This document shows positions 30,027 to 40,659 of a stretch of 64,000 nt of DNA, one piece after another (the first letter of the stretch is position 1; every line of letters begins with the position of its first letter). The notes under the pieces are model-generated. The model had not been told where the DNA came from. It saw only the letters and a program-made list of their open reading frames with translations, and ran no database searches. This DNA is from Candidatus Latescibacterota bacterium (lineage in GTDB: Bacteria; Latescibacterota; UBA2968; UBA8231). A program made the translations under genes and the position numbers. The stretch lies in the NCBI GenBank assembly GCA_965242865.1, contig CBDETK010000013.1:2784001-2848000 (forward strand). The letters are read 5' to 3'.

Positions 30027-31517
30027 ATGACCGACCGCCCCAACGTCCTCGTAATAATGACCGACCAGCAGCGCGCCACAGCCAGCCATCTCTACGGCAA
30101 CACCTTTTGTCAAACCCCGTCGATGGAACGCCTAGCGGCCGACGGGGTGCTCTTTGAGAATGCAATTACCCCGCACCCGCTTTGCGCGCCCGCGCGGATC
30201 TCGTTTTGGACTTCGCAATTTCCCCATTCGCACGGAGGTCGGCGCAACCAGACCTTGATGCCGGCCGGGGCCGAGCACGCTTGGCAGCTCTGGAAGGCGG
30301 CTGGCTACGCCACGGGCTTGATCGGCAAAAATCACTGCTTCGATCGGGAGGAAGACTTGGCGCTTTTCGACGTGTGGAATGCCTTTACCCACGGCGGGCG
30401 CGCCGAGGGGCCGCAGACGCGAGGCATGGACTGGTTCCGGCCGGAATCAGGGCGTCGCAAGGTCGCGGCCGAGCATCGCCAACTCGCCCATCAGAATCCC
30501 CGCTTTAGCTATGGCACCTCCGAGTTGCCGCTAGAGGACCACTCAACCGGCCTAATCGCCGGGCAGACGACGCGCTTTCTCGAAAAGCATCGAGACCAGC
30601 CCTTTGCCCTGTGGGTTTCCTTTCCCGACCCGCACGAGCCGTGGCTGTGCCCAGCCGAGTACGCGGCCTTGTTTCCGCCCACAGCCATTGACCTGCCCGC
30701 TTGGCGCGACGGCGAATTTGACGACGAGCGCGCCCCCGAGCGCAACCGCGTACTCTACCAAATGCTGGGCGTGCGCCGCGATCCGCCCGAAGACCTCTAC
30801 GGCGTCATGGCCTCGTACTTTGGCATGGTGCGCTTTATCGACGACGCGCTCGGCCAGATACTCGACAAGCTCGACGAATTGGGTTTGCGGGAGCAGACGA
30901 TTGTGGTCTTTTGCTCGGACCACGGCGACTTCATGGGCGAACACGCCATGCAGTGCAAGGGCGGGGTCTTCTACGACAGCCTGACGTGCGTGCCCTTGAT
31001 CGTCTCTTGGCCCGGGCAGGTGGCCGCCGGGGTGCGCGACCGGAGCATGGCCAATCTAATCGACGTGGTGCCGACGCTGTTGCACTTGCAGGGACTGGAG
31101 CAGCCGCGCTCCATGCACGGGACGCCGTTGCCCACCGCGACGAAGGCCGCGCCCCGGGCCGCGACCTTTTCCGAATACGGCAGCGGCGGGCCGCTCTTTA
31201 CCATGGCCGACTTGCAAAAGCTACCTCAACCTTGGGGACGCAAGACCTTGATCGACACCTTGCAGTGGCGCGAGGCGGCTGGCCGGTGCAAGATGGTCCG
31301 CACCCGCGAATGGAAGTACGTCCACGACCCCATGGGCGACCGCGACGAACTCTACGACCTCGTCGCCGACCGCGGCGAGTTGGTCAATGTGATCGACGAG
31401 GAGTCACACCGCGACGTCCTCGCAGACCTGCGCCAGCGGCTGGCCGACTGGAGCATCAACACCGAAGATGGTCGCCCGGTGCCCTTGCCCGACCGCGCCC
31501 ACTACGAGCTGGCCTGA
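30027..31517 (+). CDS. Sulfatase (choline-sulfatase-like)
   Basis: PNVLVIMTDQQR, CAPAR (CxPxR), GKNH, DPHEP, SDHGD, ELYDL. Confidence 0.9.
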   Translation: MTDRPNVLVIMTDQQRATASHLYGNTFCQTPSMERLAADGVLFENAITPHPLCAPARISFWTSQFPHSHGGRRNQTLMPAGAEHAWQLWKAAGYATGLIGKNHCFDREEDLALFDVWNAFTHGGRAEGPQTRGMDWFRPESGRRKVAAEHRQLAHQNPRFSYGTSELPLEDHSTGLIAGQTTRFLEKHRDQPFALWVSFPDPHEPWLCPAEYAALFPPTAIDLPAWRDGEFDDERAPERNRVLYQMLGVRRDPPEDLYGVMASYFGMVRFIDDALGQILDKLDELGLREQTIVVFCSDHGDFMGEHAMQCKGGVFYDSLTCVPLIVSWPGQVAAGVRDRSMANLIDVVPTLLHLQGLEQPRSMHGTPLPTATKAAPRAATFSEYGSGGPLFTMADLQKLPQPWGRKTLIDTLQWREAAGRCKMVRTREWKYVHDPMGDRDELYDLVADRGELVNVIDEESHRDVLADLRQRLADWSINTEDGRPVPLPDRAHYELA

Positions 31518-31571
31518 CGCTTGACACTCGTGCGACATGACCCATCCCGACGCTATGAAAGGCTAACAGTG

Positions 31572-31778
31572 ATGACACCAAGTCGAGAATTAGCAACGAT
31601 CCAAAAGGTTGATCTTAGCATAGAAACCGAACGCGAAGACGACGGGCGCTGGATTGCCGAAATCGTCGAGATATCCGGTGCGGTGGCCTATGGCGCGACC
31701 GTTGAGGAGGCCTCCGCAAAGGTCCAAGCACTCGCCCTGCGCATCTTGGCGGAACGCCTTGATGTAGCTGACGCTTGA
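31572..31778 (+). CDS. HicB-like antitoxin (orphan)
   Basis: IETEREDDGRWIAEI..I.GAVAYGATVEEA...ALALR.LAERL; flanked by the 14-bp repeat CTGACGCTTGACAC. Confidence 0.8.
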   Translation: MTPSRELATIQKVDLSIETEREDDGRWIAEIVEISGAVAYGATVEEASAKVQALALRILAERLDVADA

Positions 31779-31804
31779 CACCATCGGCGCACCGCTGGTA
31801 TTTT
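31775..31804 (+). promoter_or_regulatory. Putative sigma70 promoter of the thrS leader
   Basis: TTGACA (31775-31780) and TGG-TATTTT extended -10 (31796-31804); predicted TSS at or near ATG 31812. Confidence 0.55.
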
Positions 31805-31811
31805 ATACGCC

Positions 31812-31919
31812 ATGATTTCTGCTATGCACACAGTCGCGTTCGCAGCGTATCCCAGCGGATTTCCGTCGGGGCCGACGGCTTCCCCTACCCCTACTACGAC
31901 ATGGATATGCGCCGGATAG
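31812..31919 (+). CDS. Putative Thr-rich attenuator leader peptide of thrS (35 aa)
   Basis: MISAMHTVAFAAYPSGFPSGPTASPTPTTTWICAG*, with five Thr codons in nine positions just before a terminator. Confidence 0.7.
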   Translation: MISAMHTVAFAAYPSGFPSGPTASPTPTTTWICAG

Positions 31920-31948
31920 CGACGGACTAAAATTTATTGCAACCTTTC

Positions 31949-31981
31949 CCCGCTGTCGGCCGCGATGACAGCGGGTTTTTT
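31949..31981 (+). terminator. Intrinsic terminator (attenuator) upstream of thrS
   Basis: CCCGCTGTC-9 nt loop-GACAGCGGG-TTTTTT, about 20 nt before the thrS ATG. Confidence 0.8.
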
Positions 31982-31999
31982 CGTGCCGAGGAGTGCGTC

Positions 32000-33913
32000 A
32001 TGTTGATCAAGGTGCCGCAAGGACAGGCCATCGAATACCCCGGCGAGGGTACGCTCAAGGAGATCCTCGCCCAAGAGAACAAGGGGCTGCTAAAGCAATA
32101 CATTGCTGCCCGCGCTGGCGACGAGTGCGTCGATTTCCACACCCGGCTCGGCCGCCAAGCGGAAGTTGAGCTCATTCCGTGGGACGCGGACGAGGCCGCG
32201 GCGATCTACCGCCACAGCATGTCGCACGTGTTGGCGCAGGCCGTGCTGCGCCTCTTCCCGGACGCGCAACTGGCGATCGGCCCGGCCATTGACGACGGCT
32301 TCTACTACGACTTTGACGTGGCCGAGCCTTTTACGCCCGAAGATTTGCAGAAAATCGAGCGGGAGATGAAGCGGGTCGTCAAGCAAAACCACAAGTTCGA
32401 GCGGATCGATGTTGCGCCCGAGGAAGCCGAAGCAATGGTCGCCAACGCCCCGTACAAACAGGAGATCCTCGCGGACTTGGAAGCAGGTCAGCCCTTGTCC
32501 TTTTACAAAGACGGCGAGTTCATCGACTTGTGCCGGGGGCCGCATATACTCGGCACCGGCCAAATCAGGCACTTCAAGCTACTGAGCGTGGCAGGGGCCT
32601 ATTGGCGCGGCGACGAAAGCCGCAAGATGTTGCAGCGGATATACGGCACGGCCTTTGCCACCCGCGAGGGGCTCGACCGCCACCTGACGATGCTCAAAGA
32701 GGCCAAAAAGCGCGACCACCGCGCCCTGGGCAAGCAACTGGAGTTGTTCACCTTTGACGACGAAGTGGGGCCGGGGTTGCCCCTGTGGCTGCCCAAGGGG
32801 GCGGTGCTCATCGACGCGCTGGAGGACTTGGCCCGCAAGACCGAGGGCGCGGCGGGCTATCAGCGGGTGCGGACGCCGCACATCTGCAAGGAGTCCATGT
32901 ATCGGCGCAGCGGCCACTTGCCGTACTATGCCGAGTCGATGTTTCCGCCCATGGAGTTGGAGGGGGTCAAGTACTACCTCAAGCCCATGAACTGCCCTCA
33001 CCACCACAAAATTTTCGCCGCGGCCGCGCGCTCATACCGCGACCTGCCCCTGCGGCTGGCCGAGTATGGCACGTGCTACCGCTACGAGCAGTCGGGCGAG
33101 TTGTTCGGCTTGATGCGGGTGCGCTCGTTGCAGATGAACGACGCGCATATCTATTGTACGCTCGACCAGTTTGAGGAGGAATTCCTCGCCGTCTGTCAGA
33201 TGTACCTGCGCTATTTTGAGTTGTTCGGCTTGGAGAATTACCTGATGCGCTTGAGCACTCACGCGCCCTCCGGGCTAGGGGCCAAGTACGTCGATGACCG
33301 CGAGAAGTGGCGTCGCACCGAGGACATGGTGCGCGACGCCATGGTGCGGGGCGGGATCAACTACGAAGAAGTGCCCGATGAAGCCGCCTTTTACGGCCCC
33401 AAGATCGACGTCGAGGTATGGAGTGCCATCGGGCGGCAGTTTACCATCGCCACCAACCAAGTCGATTTCGCCCAGCCCGGCCGCTTCGGCCTGACGTACA
33501 CCAACGCGGCCGGGGCCGAGGAGACGCCCATTTGCATCCACCGCGCCCCGCTGGGCACTCACGAGCGCTTTATCGGCTTCTTGATCGAGCACTACGCCGG
33601 CGCGTTCCCGGTGTGGCTGGCCCCCGTGCAAGCGGTGGTTTTGCCCATTGCCGAGCGCCACGCCGAATACGGCGACCAGCTCTACCAGCAGCTGCGCGCC
33701 GCCGGGATCCGGGCCGAACTCGACGCGGCCAGCGCGACCCTCAACAAGCGCATCCGCCAAGCGCAGACTCAGAAGGTGCCCTACATGCTGATCGCCGGAG
33801 ACCGCGAAGTCGAAGGGGGCAAGGTGGCGATTAGGCAGCGGTCCGGCGAACAGCTCGACCCGCTCCCGCTCGCCGAGGCGGTCGCGCTAATCGGTGCTGA
33901 GATAAGGGGCTAG
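32000..33913 (+). CDS. thrS: Threonine--tRNA ligase
   Basis: RHSMSHVLAQA, DLCRGPH, GAYWRGD, KRDHR.LG, KPMNCP, FYGPKID, ERFIGFLIEHYAG.FP.WLAP.Q. Confidence 0.98.
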   Translation: MLIKVPQGQAIEYPGEGTLKEILAQENKGLLKQYIAARAGDECVDFHTRLGRQAEVELIPWDADEAAAIYRHSMSHVLAQAVLRLFPDAQLAIGPAIDDGFYYDFDVAEPFTPEDLQKIEREMKRVVKQNHKFERIDVAPEEAEAMVANAPYKQEILADLEAGQPLSFYKDGEFIDLCRGPHILGTGQIRHFKLLSVAGAYWRGDESRKMLQRIYGTAFATREGLDRHLTMLKEAKKRDHRALGKQLELFTFDDEVGPGLPLWLPKGAVLIDALEDLARKTEGAAGYQRVRTPHICKESMYRRSGHLPYYAESMFPPMELEGVKYYLKPMNCPHHHKIFAAAARSYRDLPLRLAEYGTCYRYEQSGELFGLMRVRSLQMNDAHIYCTLDQFEEEFLAVCQMYLRYFELFGLENYLMRLSTHAPSGLGAKYVDDREKWRRTEDMVRDAMVRGGINYEEVPDEAAFYGPKIDVEVWSAIGRQFTIATNQVDFAQPGRFGLTYTNAAGAEETPICIHRAPLGTHERFIGFLIEHYAGAFPVWLAPVQAVVLPIAERHAEYGDQLYQQLRAAGIRAELDAASATLNKRIRQAQTQKVPYMLIAGDREVEGGKVAIRQRSGEQLDPLPLAEAVALIGAEIRG

Positions 33914-33921
33914 CGCACGCT

Positions 33922-34623
33922 GTGTTCGGCCGCACTCGCTACATCGCCGGGATTTTCTGGCAATTTCGCTACTACCTGCTTTGCACGGGGCTGGCACTGG
34001 TCTTTTGGGACACCGCATTGATCAAGCCGTTCCGCTTTTTTGTGGTGCTGGTACACGAGGTCAATCACGCGGTCGCCGCGCTGCTCACCGGCGGCGAGGT
34101 CCTTGAAATCCGCACCCATTGGGACGAGTCCGGGCACACCCGGACGAAGGGCGGCTTTTTTCCGCTGATTAGCGCGGCCGGGTACGTGGGGTCGGCGCTG
34201 TGGGGGGCGTTGCTGGTGCATACTTCGCTTTATCCGCAGGCCCAGCGTTTGGTGTTGCTGTGCATTGGCGCGGCCTGTGCGGGAATGACCCTGCGCTACA
34301 CGCCGCTGGCGGAGGGAGGGGTTGATTTCGCGTTGGGAATCGGCGGCGGGCTGGTCCTGTGCATCATGGCCTGCAAGTCGCGGCGGCTGGCGAGCATCGG
34401 CGCGGTGTGGATGGGAGTGATGCTGTGCCTGTACAGCCTCTACGACTTCCGCACGGACCTGTGGCATCACCCAGAGCAGACGGACGCCGGGCTGCTGTCG
34501 GCCCATTGGGGGCTGGATCCATTGCAGATGCCCTATCTGGCGTACTTGATTGCCTTGATTTGGGTGCTGGTGTCGCTGTCGTGCATGTATCGGGCGATGC
34601 GCGCGGTGGGGCTTAAGCATTGA
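33922..34623 (+). CDS. M50B family membrane metallopeptidase
   Basis: HEVNH, AAGY.G, TDA motifs; multiple TM segments. Confidence 0.8.
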   Translation: MFGRTRYIAGIFWQFRYYLLCTGLALVFWDTALIKPFRFFVVLVHEVNHAVAALLTGGEVLEIRTHWDESGHTRTKGGFFPLISAAGYVGSALWGALLVHTSLYPQAQRLVLLCIGAACAGMTLRYTPLAEGGVDFALGIGGGLVLCIMACKSRRLASIGAVWMGVMLCLYSLYDFRTDLWHHPEQTDAGLLSAHWGLDPLQMPYLAYLIALIWVLVSLSCMYRAMRAVGLKH

Positions 34624-34687
34624 GTGCAACTGTCCGGTGCGCTGCATTGCCAACCAGCGCTCGGAATTAACCGAGAGGAGTAAAACC

Positions 34688-36460
34688 ATGCGAATGAGTC
34701 GGTTGTTCAGTCAGACCTTGCGCGACGTCACCGCCGATGTGGAGATAGCCAGCCACCGGCTTTTGCTGCGGGCCGGCTTTATCCGCCCGCTGGCCAGCGG
34801 CATCTTCAGCTATTTGCCCCTCGCGCAGCGGTCCATGCGCAAGATCGAAGACCTCATCCGCCGCGAGATGGACGCCATCGGCGGTCAGGAGATCACCATG
34901 CCGGTGGTGCATCCGGCCGAGCTTTGGCAGCAGACCGGCCGTTGGTACGCGGTCGGCCCGGAGATGAGCCGCTTTCAAGACAAAAACGGCCGCGACATGG
35001 TGCTGGCCATGACCCATGAGGAGGTTGTCGCCGACTTAGTCCACCGCGAGATCAAATCCTACAAGCAACTGCCCCAGCTAATCTATCAGATCCAGACCAA
35101 GTGGCGCGACGATCCTCGCCCCCGCTCGGGCCTTATCCGCGTGCGCGAGTTTACCATGAAGGACTCCTATAGCCTCGACGCCGACTGGGCGGGCCTTGAA
35201 AGGCAATACCGCGCCCACTACCAGTGCTATTTCAACATCTTCCAGCGCTGCGGCCTCGACGTCCTCGCGGTGCGCTCGGATACCGGGATGATGGGCGGCG
35301 AGCTGGCCCACGAATACATGTACCTAACGCCGGTCGGCGAAGACACCCTGCTCTTGTGCGACGACTGCGGGTACTCGGCCAACCGCCAGATCGCCGCCTT
35401 TGCCAAACCGGCCAATCCGGCCGAAGAACCCGCCGTGTGCGAGAAAATCGCCACGGCCAATGCTACGACCATTGAGGAGCTGACCGCGTTGTTCAACATT
35501 CCCGCCCACAAGATCGCCAAGGCGCGCTTTATGATGGCCACTGTCGGCGACGGTGCGGACAAGCGGGATGCGTTTGTCCTCGCGGTCGTGCGCGGCGACA
35601 TGGAAATCAACGAGACCAAGCTGGCCAACGCGGTCGGCGCCCTCGAAATGTGGCCGGCGCGAGAAGCGGAAATCCGTGCGGTCGGCGCGGAGCCGGGCTA
35701 TGGCTCGCCCATCGGCGTCAAAGGTGCCTTGGTCGTCGTCGATGAGTCCGTGGCGTCCTCCCCCAATCTGGTGGCCGGGGCCAACGAGCCGGGCTACCAC
35801 CTCGCCCATGTCAACTACGGCCGCGACTACACAGCCGATGTGGTAGCTGACATTGCCGTCGCTCGGCCGGGCGATGGCTGCCCTAGCTGCGGGGCGGCGT
35901 TGCGCGAATCGCGCGGGGTAGAAGTGGGCAACATCTTCCAGCTCGGGACCAAATTCACCGAGGCTCTTGACGGAGATTTCCTCGACGCCGAGGGCCAAGC
36001 GCGGCCCGTCGTCATGGGGTCTTATGGGATCGGCGTGGGGCGGCTGCTGGCCTGCATCGCCGAGGAGCACCACGACGACAACGGCTTGGTGTGGCCCATT
36101 GCCGTCGCGCCTTACCCCGTACACATCGTCCTCCTCGCCAAGGGCGAAGGCGCAGCGCAAGCCGCGGCCGAGCAGCTCTACTCCGACTTGGCCGAGCGCG
36201 GCCTTGAGGTGCTGCTCGACGACCGCCGAGAAAACCCCGGGGTCAAGTTCAAAGACGCCGACCTAATTGGGGTGCCGGTGCGGGTGACGGTGGGGGATCG
36301 CGGGTTGCAGCGGGGGATTGTCGAGGTCAAGCTGCGGCGCGAAAAAGAGCGGCAAGACGTGCCGGTGGAGCAGGCGGTAGAATACGTGGTGGAGCAGGTG
36401 GAGCGGTTGCAACGCGAGTTGGACGAGCGCGTGGTAGAAGTGGAGTACCAAGGGTCGTAG
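34688..36460 (+). CDS. proS: Proline--tRNA ligase (with editing insertion)
   Basis: SHRLLLRAGFIR, THEE, YQIQTKWRD..RPR.GL.RVREFTMKD.YS, EVGNIFQLG, MGSYGIGVGR. Confidence 0.98.
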   Translation: MRMSRLFSQTLRDVTADVEIASHRLLLRAGFIRPLASGIFSYLPLAQRSMRKIEDLIRREMDAIGGQEITMPVVHPAELWQQTGRWYAVGPEMSRFQDKNGRDMVLAMTHEEVVADLVHREIKSYKQLPQLIYQIQTKWRDDPRPRSGLIRVREFTMKDSYSLDADWAGLERQYRAHYQCYFNIFQRCGLDVLAVRSDTGMMGGELAHEYMYLTPVGEDTLLLCDDCGYSANRQIAAFAKPANPAEEPAVCEKIATANATTIEELTALFNIPAHKIAKARFMMATVGDGADKRDAFVLAVVRGDMEINETKLANAVGALEMWPAREAEIRAVGAEPGYGSPIGVKGALVVVDESVASSPNLVAGANEPGYHLAHVNYGRDYTADVVADIAVARPGDGCPSCGAALRESRGVEVGNIFQLGTKFTEALDGDFLDAEGQARPVVMGSYGIGVGRLLACIAEEHHDDNGLVWPIAVAPYPVHIVLLAKGEGAAQAAAEQLYSDLAERGLEVLLDDRRENPGVKFKDADLIGVPVRVTVGDRGLQRGIVEVKLRREKERQDVPVEQAVEYVVEQVERLQRELDERVVEVEYQGS

Positions 36461-36605
36461 GATGGATGCGCCAGCGGTTGAGCGATCTTGATCGATGGCG
36501 GCATACACTCTACTCTTTGGCATGGGTAGAGTTCTATCTCTGCCCTTTCCCTCACACACCTATAGGAGACGAATAGCCGCCAACGCCAAACAGGAGGTTT
36601 TTGCT

Positions 36606-38264
36606 ATGCCTACGCTGGATTTCAAAGGAAAGCAGCACATCTACGCCCACCATCTCACCGTGCCGTACCGCCCGCTGGTGCCCGACGAGGGCCGGTCCGT
36701 GAACGCCGGGGGCGTCGATGACAACCTCATCATTCACGGCGATAACCTGTACGCGCTGAAGGCACTGCTGCCCCGCTACGCCGGCCGCGTCAAGTGCATC
36801 TACATTGACCCGCCCTATAATACCGGCAACGAGGGTTGGGTCTATAACGACAAGGTCAACAGCCCGCTGATGCGCCAATGGCTGAAAGACAACGGCTTGG
36901 TTGACAGGGAAGACTTGGAACGACACGACAAATGGCTGTGCATGATGTGGCCCCGGTTGCAACTTTTGTGGGAGTTGCTCGCGGACGACGGCGTGATCTT
37001 CATTTCCATCGACGACAACGAACAGCACCATTTGCGGATGTTGATGGACGAGATTTTTGACGAGGAAAATTTCGTTGCTAACATCATCTGGCAAAAGAAA
37101 TACGCTCCTTCTAACGACGCAAAGTACCTTTCAGACAACCACGACTTTGTTCTTTGTTACGCTAAAAATAGCATTGACGGCAAAGGTAATTTGTCGGCGG
37201 CTTGGCAGCGCAGACTCCTTCCGCGCACAGAAAAACAGGATCGACTCTACAAATACGATGACAATGACGGTAGAGGTCCTTGGCGTGTTGATAACCTGTC
37301 CGTCAAGACCTATTCTCCTGAATATGACTACCCTATCGTAAACCCGAACACGGGTGTAGCATACAACCCGCCTGATGGGAGATGTTGGTTGACGAACAAA
37401 GAACAGATGCAGATTTGGATCGACGAAAACCGGGTTTTCTTTGGACGAGATGGAAAAAATTCACCCCAGTTGAAGAGATACTTGCGAGAAGTAAAACAGG
37501 GGATAGTCCCGCTGACTATCTGGTTATATGACGAAGTGGGACATACAGACGGTGCTCGTAAGATGCTAAAAGAAATTTTTAGCGATCAGCAATTGCCTTT
37601 CGACAACCCAAAGGCTTTAGGGCTATTGCAGAGAATATGCACAATAGCGGGGGACAAAGACGCCCTCGTCCTCGACTCCTTCGCCGGCAGCGGCACCACC
37701 GCCCATGCCGTCCTTGCCCTCAACAAAGAAGACGGCGGCAACCGCAAGTTCATTCTCGTGGAGTGCGAAAATTATGCCGACACCATCACCGCCGAGCGCG
37801 TCCGCCGCGTCATCACCGGCGTTCCCGACGCCAAAGACGACGCCTTGCGCCAAGGGCTGGGCGGCTCGTTCACTTACTGTACGCTAGGCGACCCCATTGA
37901 CCCGGAAGCCATGCTGACCGGCGAAGCCCTGCCGGATTACGCCGCCCTCGCGGCTTATCTGTTGTACACCGCCTCCGGCCTCTCCGCGGGCGCAGCCGCC
38001 TTACAGCCCCTGAATGATGACGGCCTGTTCCACAGCAACCATACCACTGATTACTATCTGCTGTACGAACCCAACTTGGATTACCTACGCAGTAATGCGG
38101 CGATGTTGAACCTAGAGCGAGCGCGGCGCATCAGCACCGTAGCCAAGCAAAACAGCAGAAAAGCTCTCGTTTTTGGCCCGGGTAAATACATCGGCCAAGC
38201 CGAACTTACGAAAATGGGCATTACATTTTGCCAGTTGCCCTACGAACTACACCGGGCACTGTAA
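36606..38264 (+). CDS. mod: Type III R-M methyltransferase subunit
   Basis: MPTLDFKGK, IHGDNL.ALKAL, IYIDPPYNTG, DSFAGSGTT; CAGGAGG RBS. Confidence 0.92.
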   Translation: MPTLDFKGKQHIYAHHLTVPYRPLVPDEGRSVNAGGVDDNLIIHGDNLYALKALLPRYAGRVKCIYIDPPYNTGNEGWVYNDKVNSPLMRQWLKDNGLVDREDLERHDKWLCMMWPRLQLLWELLADDGVIFISIDDNEQHHLRMLMDEIFDEENFVANIIWQKKYAPSNDAKYLSDNHDFVLCYAKNSIDGKGNLSAAWQRRLLPRTEKQDRLYKYDDNDGRGPWRVDNLSVKTYSPEYDYPIVNPNTGVAYNPPDGRCWLTNKEQMQIWIDENRVFFGRDGKNSPQLKRYLREVKQGIVPLTIWLYDEVGHTDGARKMLKEIFSDQQLPFDNPKALGLLQRICTIAGDKDALVLDSFAGSGTTAHAVLALNKEDGGNRKFILVECENYADTITAERVRRVITGVPDAKDDALRQGLGGSFTYCTLGDPIDPEAMLTGEALPDYAALAAYLLYTASGLSAGAAALQPLNDDGLFHSNHTTDYYLLYEPNLDYLRSNAAMLNLERARRISTVAKQNSRKALVFGPGKYIGQAELTKMGITFCQLPYELHRAL

Positions 38265-38274
38265 AGGGTGGGCA

Positions 38275-40526
38275 ATGGAACTGAAAGAGTATCAATCGGT
38301 CGCGTTGGAAGCCTTTACCCGCTGGTGGAATGGACTGGCCGCGGCGCGGGCGCAGGCGGACACAGCCATCGCCGCGTTGCAAGAAGCCGGCGTTGACATT
38401 CCCGCGGACCTCCACAACTATCCCAAGACAGCTTGGCAGCAACTGGCCCAATCGGGCGGCGTAGCCGACGGCAACGTCCCCTATATTGAGCGCACGGACG
38501 AGGCCGGGCGGCCCATTCCGCATATCTGTTTTAAGGTGCCGACTGGCGGGGGCAAGACGCTGCTTGCCGCTGCCGCCCTGCAACGGCTCAACCGGCAAAC
38601 CGGCCTGACGCTGTGGGTAACGCCCACCCGCGCCATCTACCAGCAGACCAAAGCCGCCCTGCGCAGCCGAGAGCATCCCTACCGACAAATACTGGAAATC
38701 GGCAGCGGCGGACGGGTCAAGCTGCTCGAAAAGGACGACCTGTTCACGGCGGCGGACGTGGCGAACTATCTGTGCGTAATGCTACTGATGCTGCCGGCTG
38801 CTAACCGGCGGCGGGGGCGGGAGTTTCTGCGGATGTTCCGCGATTCCGGGCGCTATCCCACGCTTTTCCCGGACAGCGATGACGCACTTGGCGATGCTCG
38901 CCTGTTGCAGGACTATCCCGATTTGGAACGCAACGAGGACGACGGCCCGGTCAAGCACAGCCTGTTCAACGTGTTCAAGATGCTGCGTCCGGTAGTGGTG
39001 CTAGACGAGGCGCACAAGGCGTATGGCGCCAGCAAGCCAGAGGCCAACGCCGAGTTTGCCCGCTCGATCAGCCGCCTCAACCCCAGCCTCGTGATCGAAT
39101 TGTCGGCAACGCCCAACCGAGGCATCAGCAACCTGCTAGTGGACATCACCGGCGTTGAGCTAAAAAAAGAGGAGATGATAAAGCTGCCGGTGCAGATAAC
39201 GTCGCTCACCAACGCCGATTGGCATTCTACCTTGTTGCAGGCGTACGACGAACTAGAGCGGCTGGACGCCGAAGCGCAGTCCTTGCAAATGAGCGAGGGC
39301 CGCTACATCCGCCCCATCGCGGTAGTGCGGGTGGAGCGCACGGGCAAAGACCAGCGCGACGGCGAGCGCGTCCACGCCGAGGACGTGCGGGAATATCTGA
39401 CGCAAACGCTGGGGGTGTCGGCCAATGCCGTGGCCGTCAAGTCGTCGGAAAAGGACGAACTGGCCGGCATTGACCTGCTGTCCGAGTTTTCGCCGTTGCG
39501 CTGGATAATCACCAAGGCGGCCCTGATGGAGGGCTGGGATTGCCCCTTCGCTTACCTATTGGTGATGCTGGACAACACCAGCGCCCAGCGGGCCATCACC
39601 CAGTTGGTGGGGCGGGTAATGCGGCAGCCCCAGGCGCGGCGCACCGGGCGGGAGGCCCTGGACCAGTGCTATGTCTATTGCTGGAATACCAACGTGGGGC
39701 AGGCGGTCAGCCAAGTCAAAAATGGGCTGGAGCGCGAAGGACTAAGCGGCCTAAGCGACGAAGTGCTAGGGGCCGGGTCGGATTGGCGGCAGGTTACGGT
39801 GGAGCGACGCGAGCCGTTGCGGAGCAAGGCCATCTTTTTACCGCTGGTGCTACACAAAGACGGCGACGGCTGGCGCGAGTTGGATTACCAGCAGCACATT
39901 CTGCCCAGCATTGATTGGGCGGCCATGGACGCACCCGACCCGCAGAGCAGTCTCTCCGACCACACCAGAATGCAGGCGGCGTCCGTTGATCTTGGCGACG
40001 CACTACCCGTGTTTCGCGCCGACCGGGAGTTGTTCATCGACAAGACGCTCAGCATATCGTACTTCGCCCGCCGCCTATCCGACATCGTGCCAAACACGTG
40101 GGAAGCGGCCCGCATTGTGCGGCAGCTAGTGGAGAAGCTGCGAGCAGGCGCTGGCAGCGACGACGAAATCTATGATCGCCGATCCTATCTGGTGTTTGCC
40201 TTGCGGGAACAGCTGGCCGATGCGATGGAAGAGCAGGCCGAAAGCGTCTTTCGCCACAAGTTGTTGGCCGGCAAAATCCGCTTTGAATGGCCGGCGAAAC
40301 GGCCGGTAAGCCGCACGTGCTGGTTTTCGAGACCAAGGGGGAACATCTGCGCGGCAACCCCGATACGGACTACAAACAACGCGTACTAGAAACCCTACAA
40401 AATGCCTTTAACTGCGGAACGATGACCGTCCGCGACGGACCCATGCGAGGAACATTTCGGCTGGTGTTCACTGAGCTGGAGTTTCCGGCCGCACTAGCCG
40501 AAGTGAACGAAACGAAACGCGCTTGA
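38275..40526 (+). pseudogene. res: Type III restriction subunit with probable internal deletion/frameshift near 40286
   Basis: Helicase motifs KVPTGGGKT, LDEAH, LSATP, EGWDCP, QLVGR intact to about 40286. The nuclease tail (FETKG.HL) is in another frame (40287-40526) and no PD motif precedes it. Confidence 0.78.
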
Positions 40527-40659
40527 CAAACCGGGATCGCCGTGGAGTACCAAGGGTAGTAATCGCCGTCGTCCGATTGGTAACGACGGTGCTCCAACTT
40601 AGGTCAGGCATAGAATCAATTGAGGACGAGCACGGAAATTTATTCCTGCGGGGTTGGCG

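Noticed and set aside
31812-31990. T-box riboswitch upstream of thrS
   Set aside because: No recognisable T-box consensus (UGGNACC bulge) seen; the leader-peptide model fits better.
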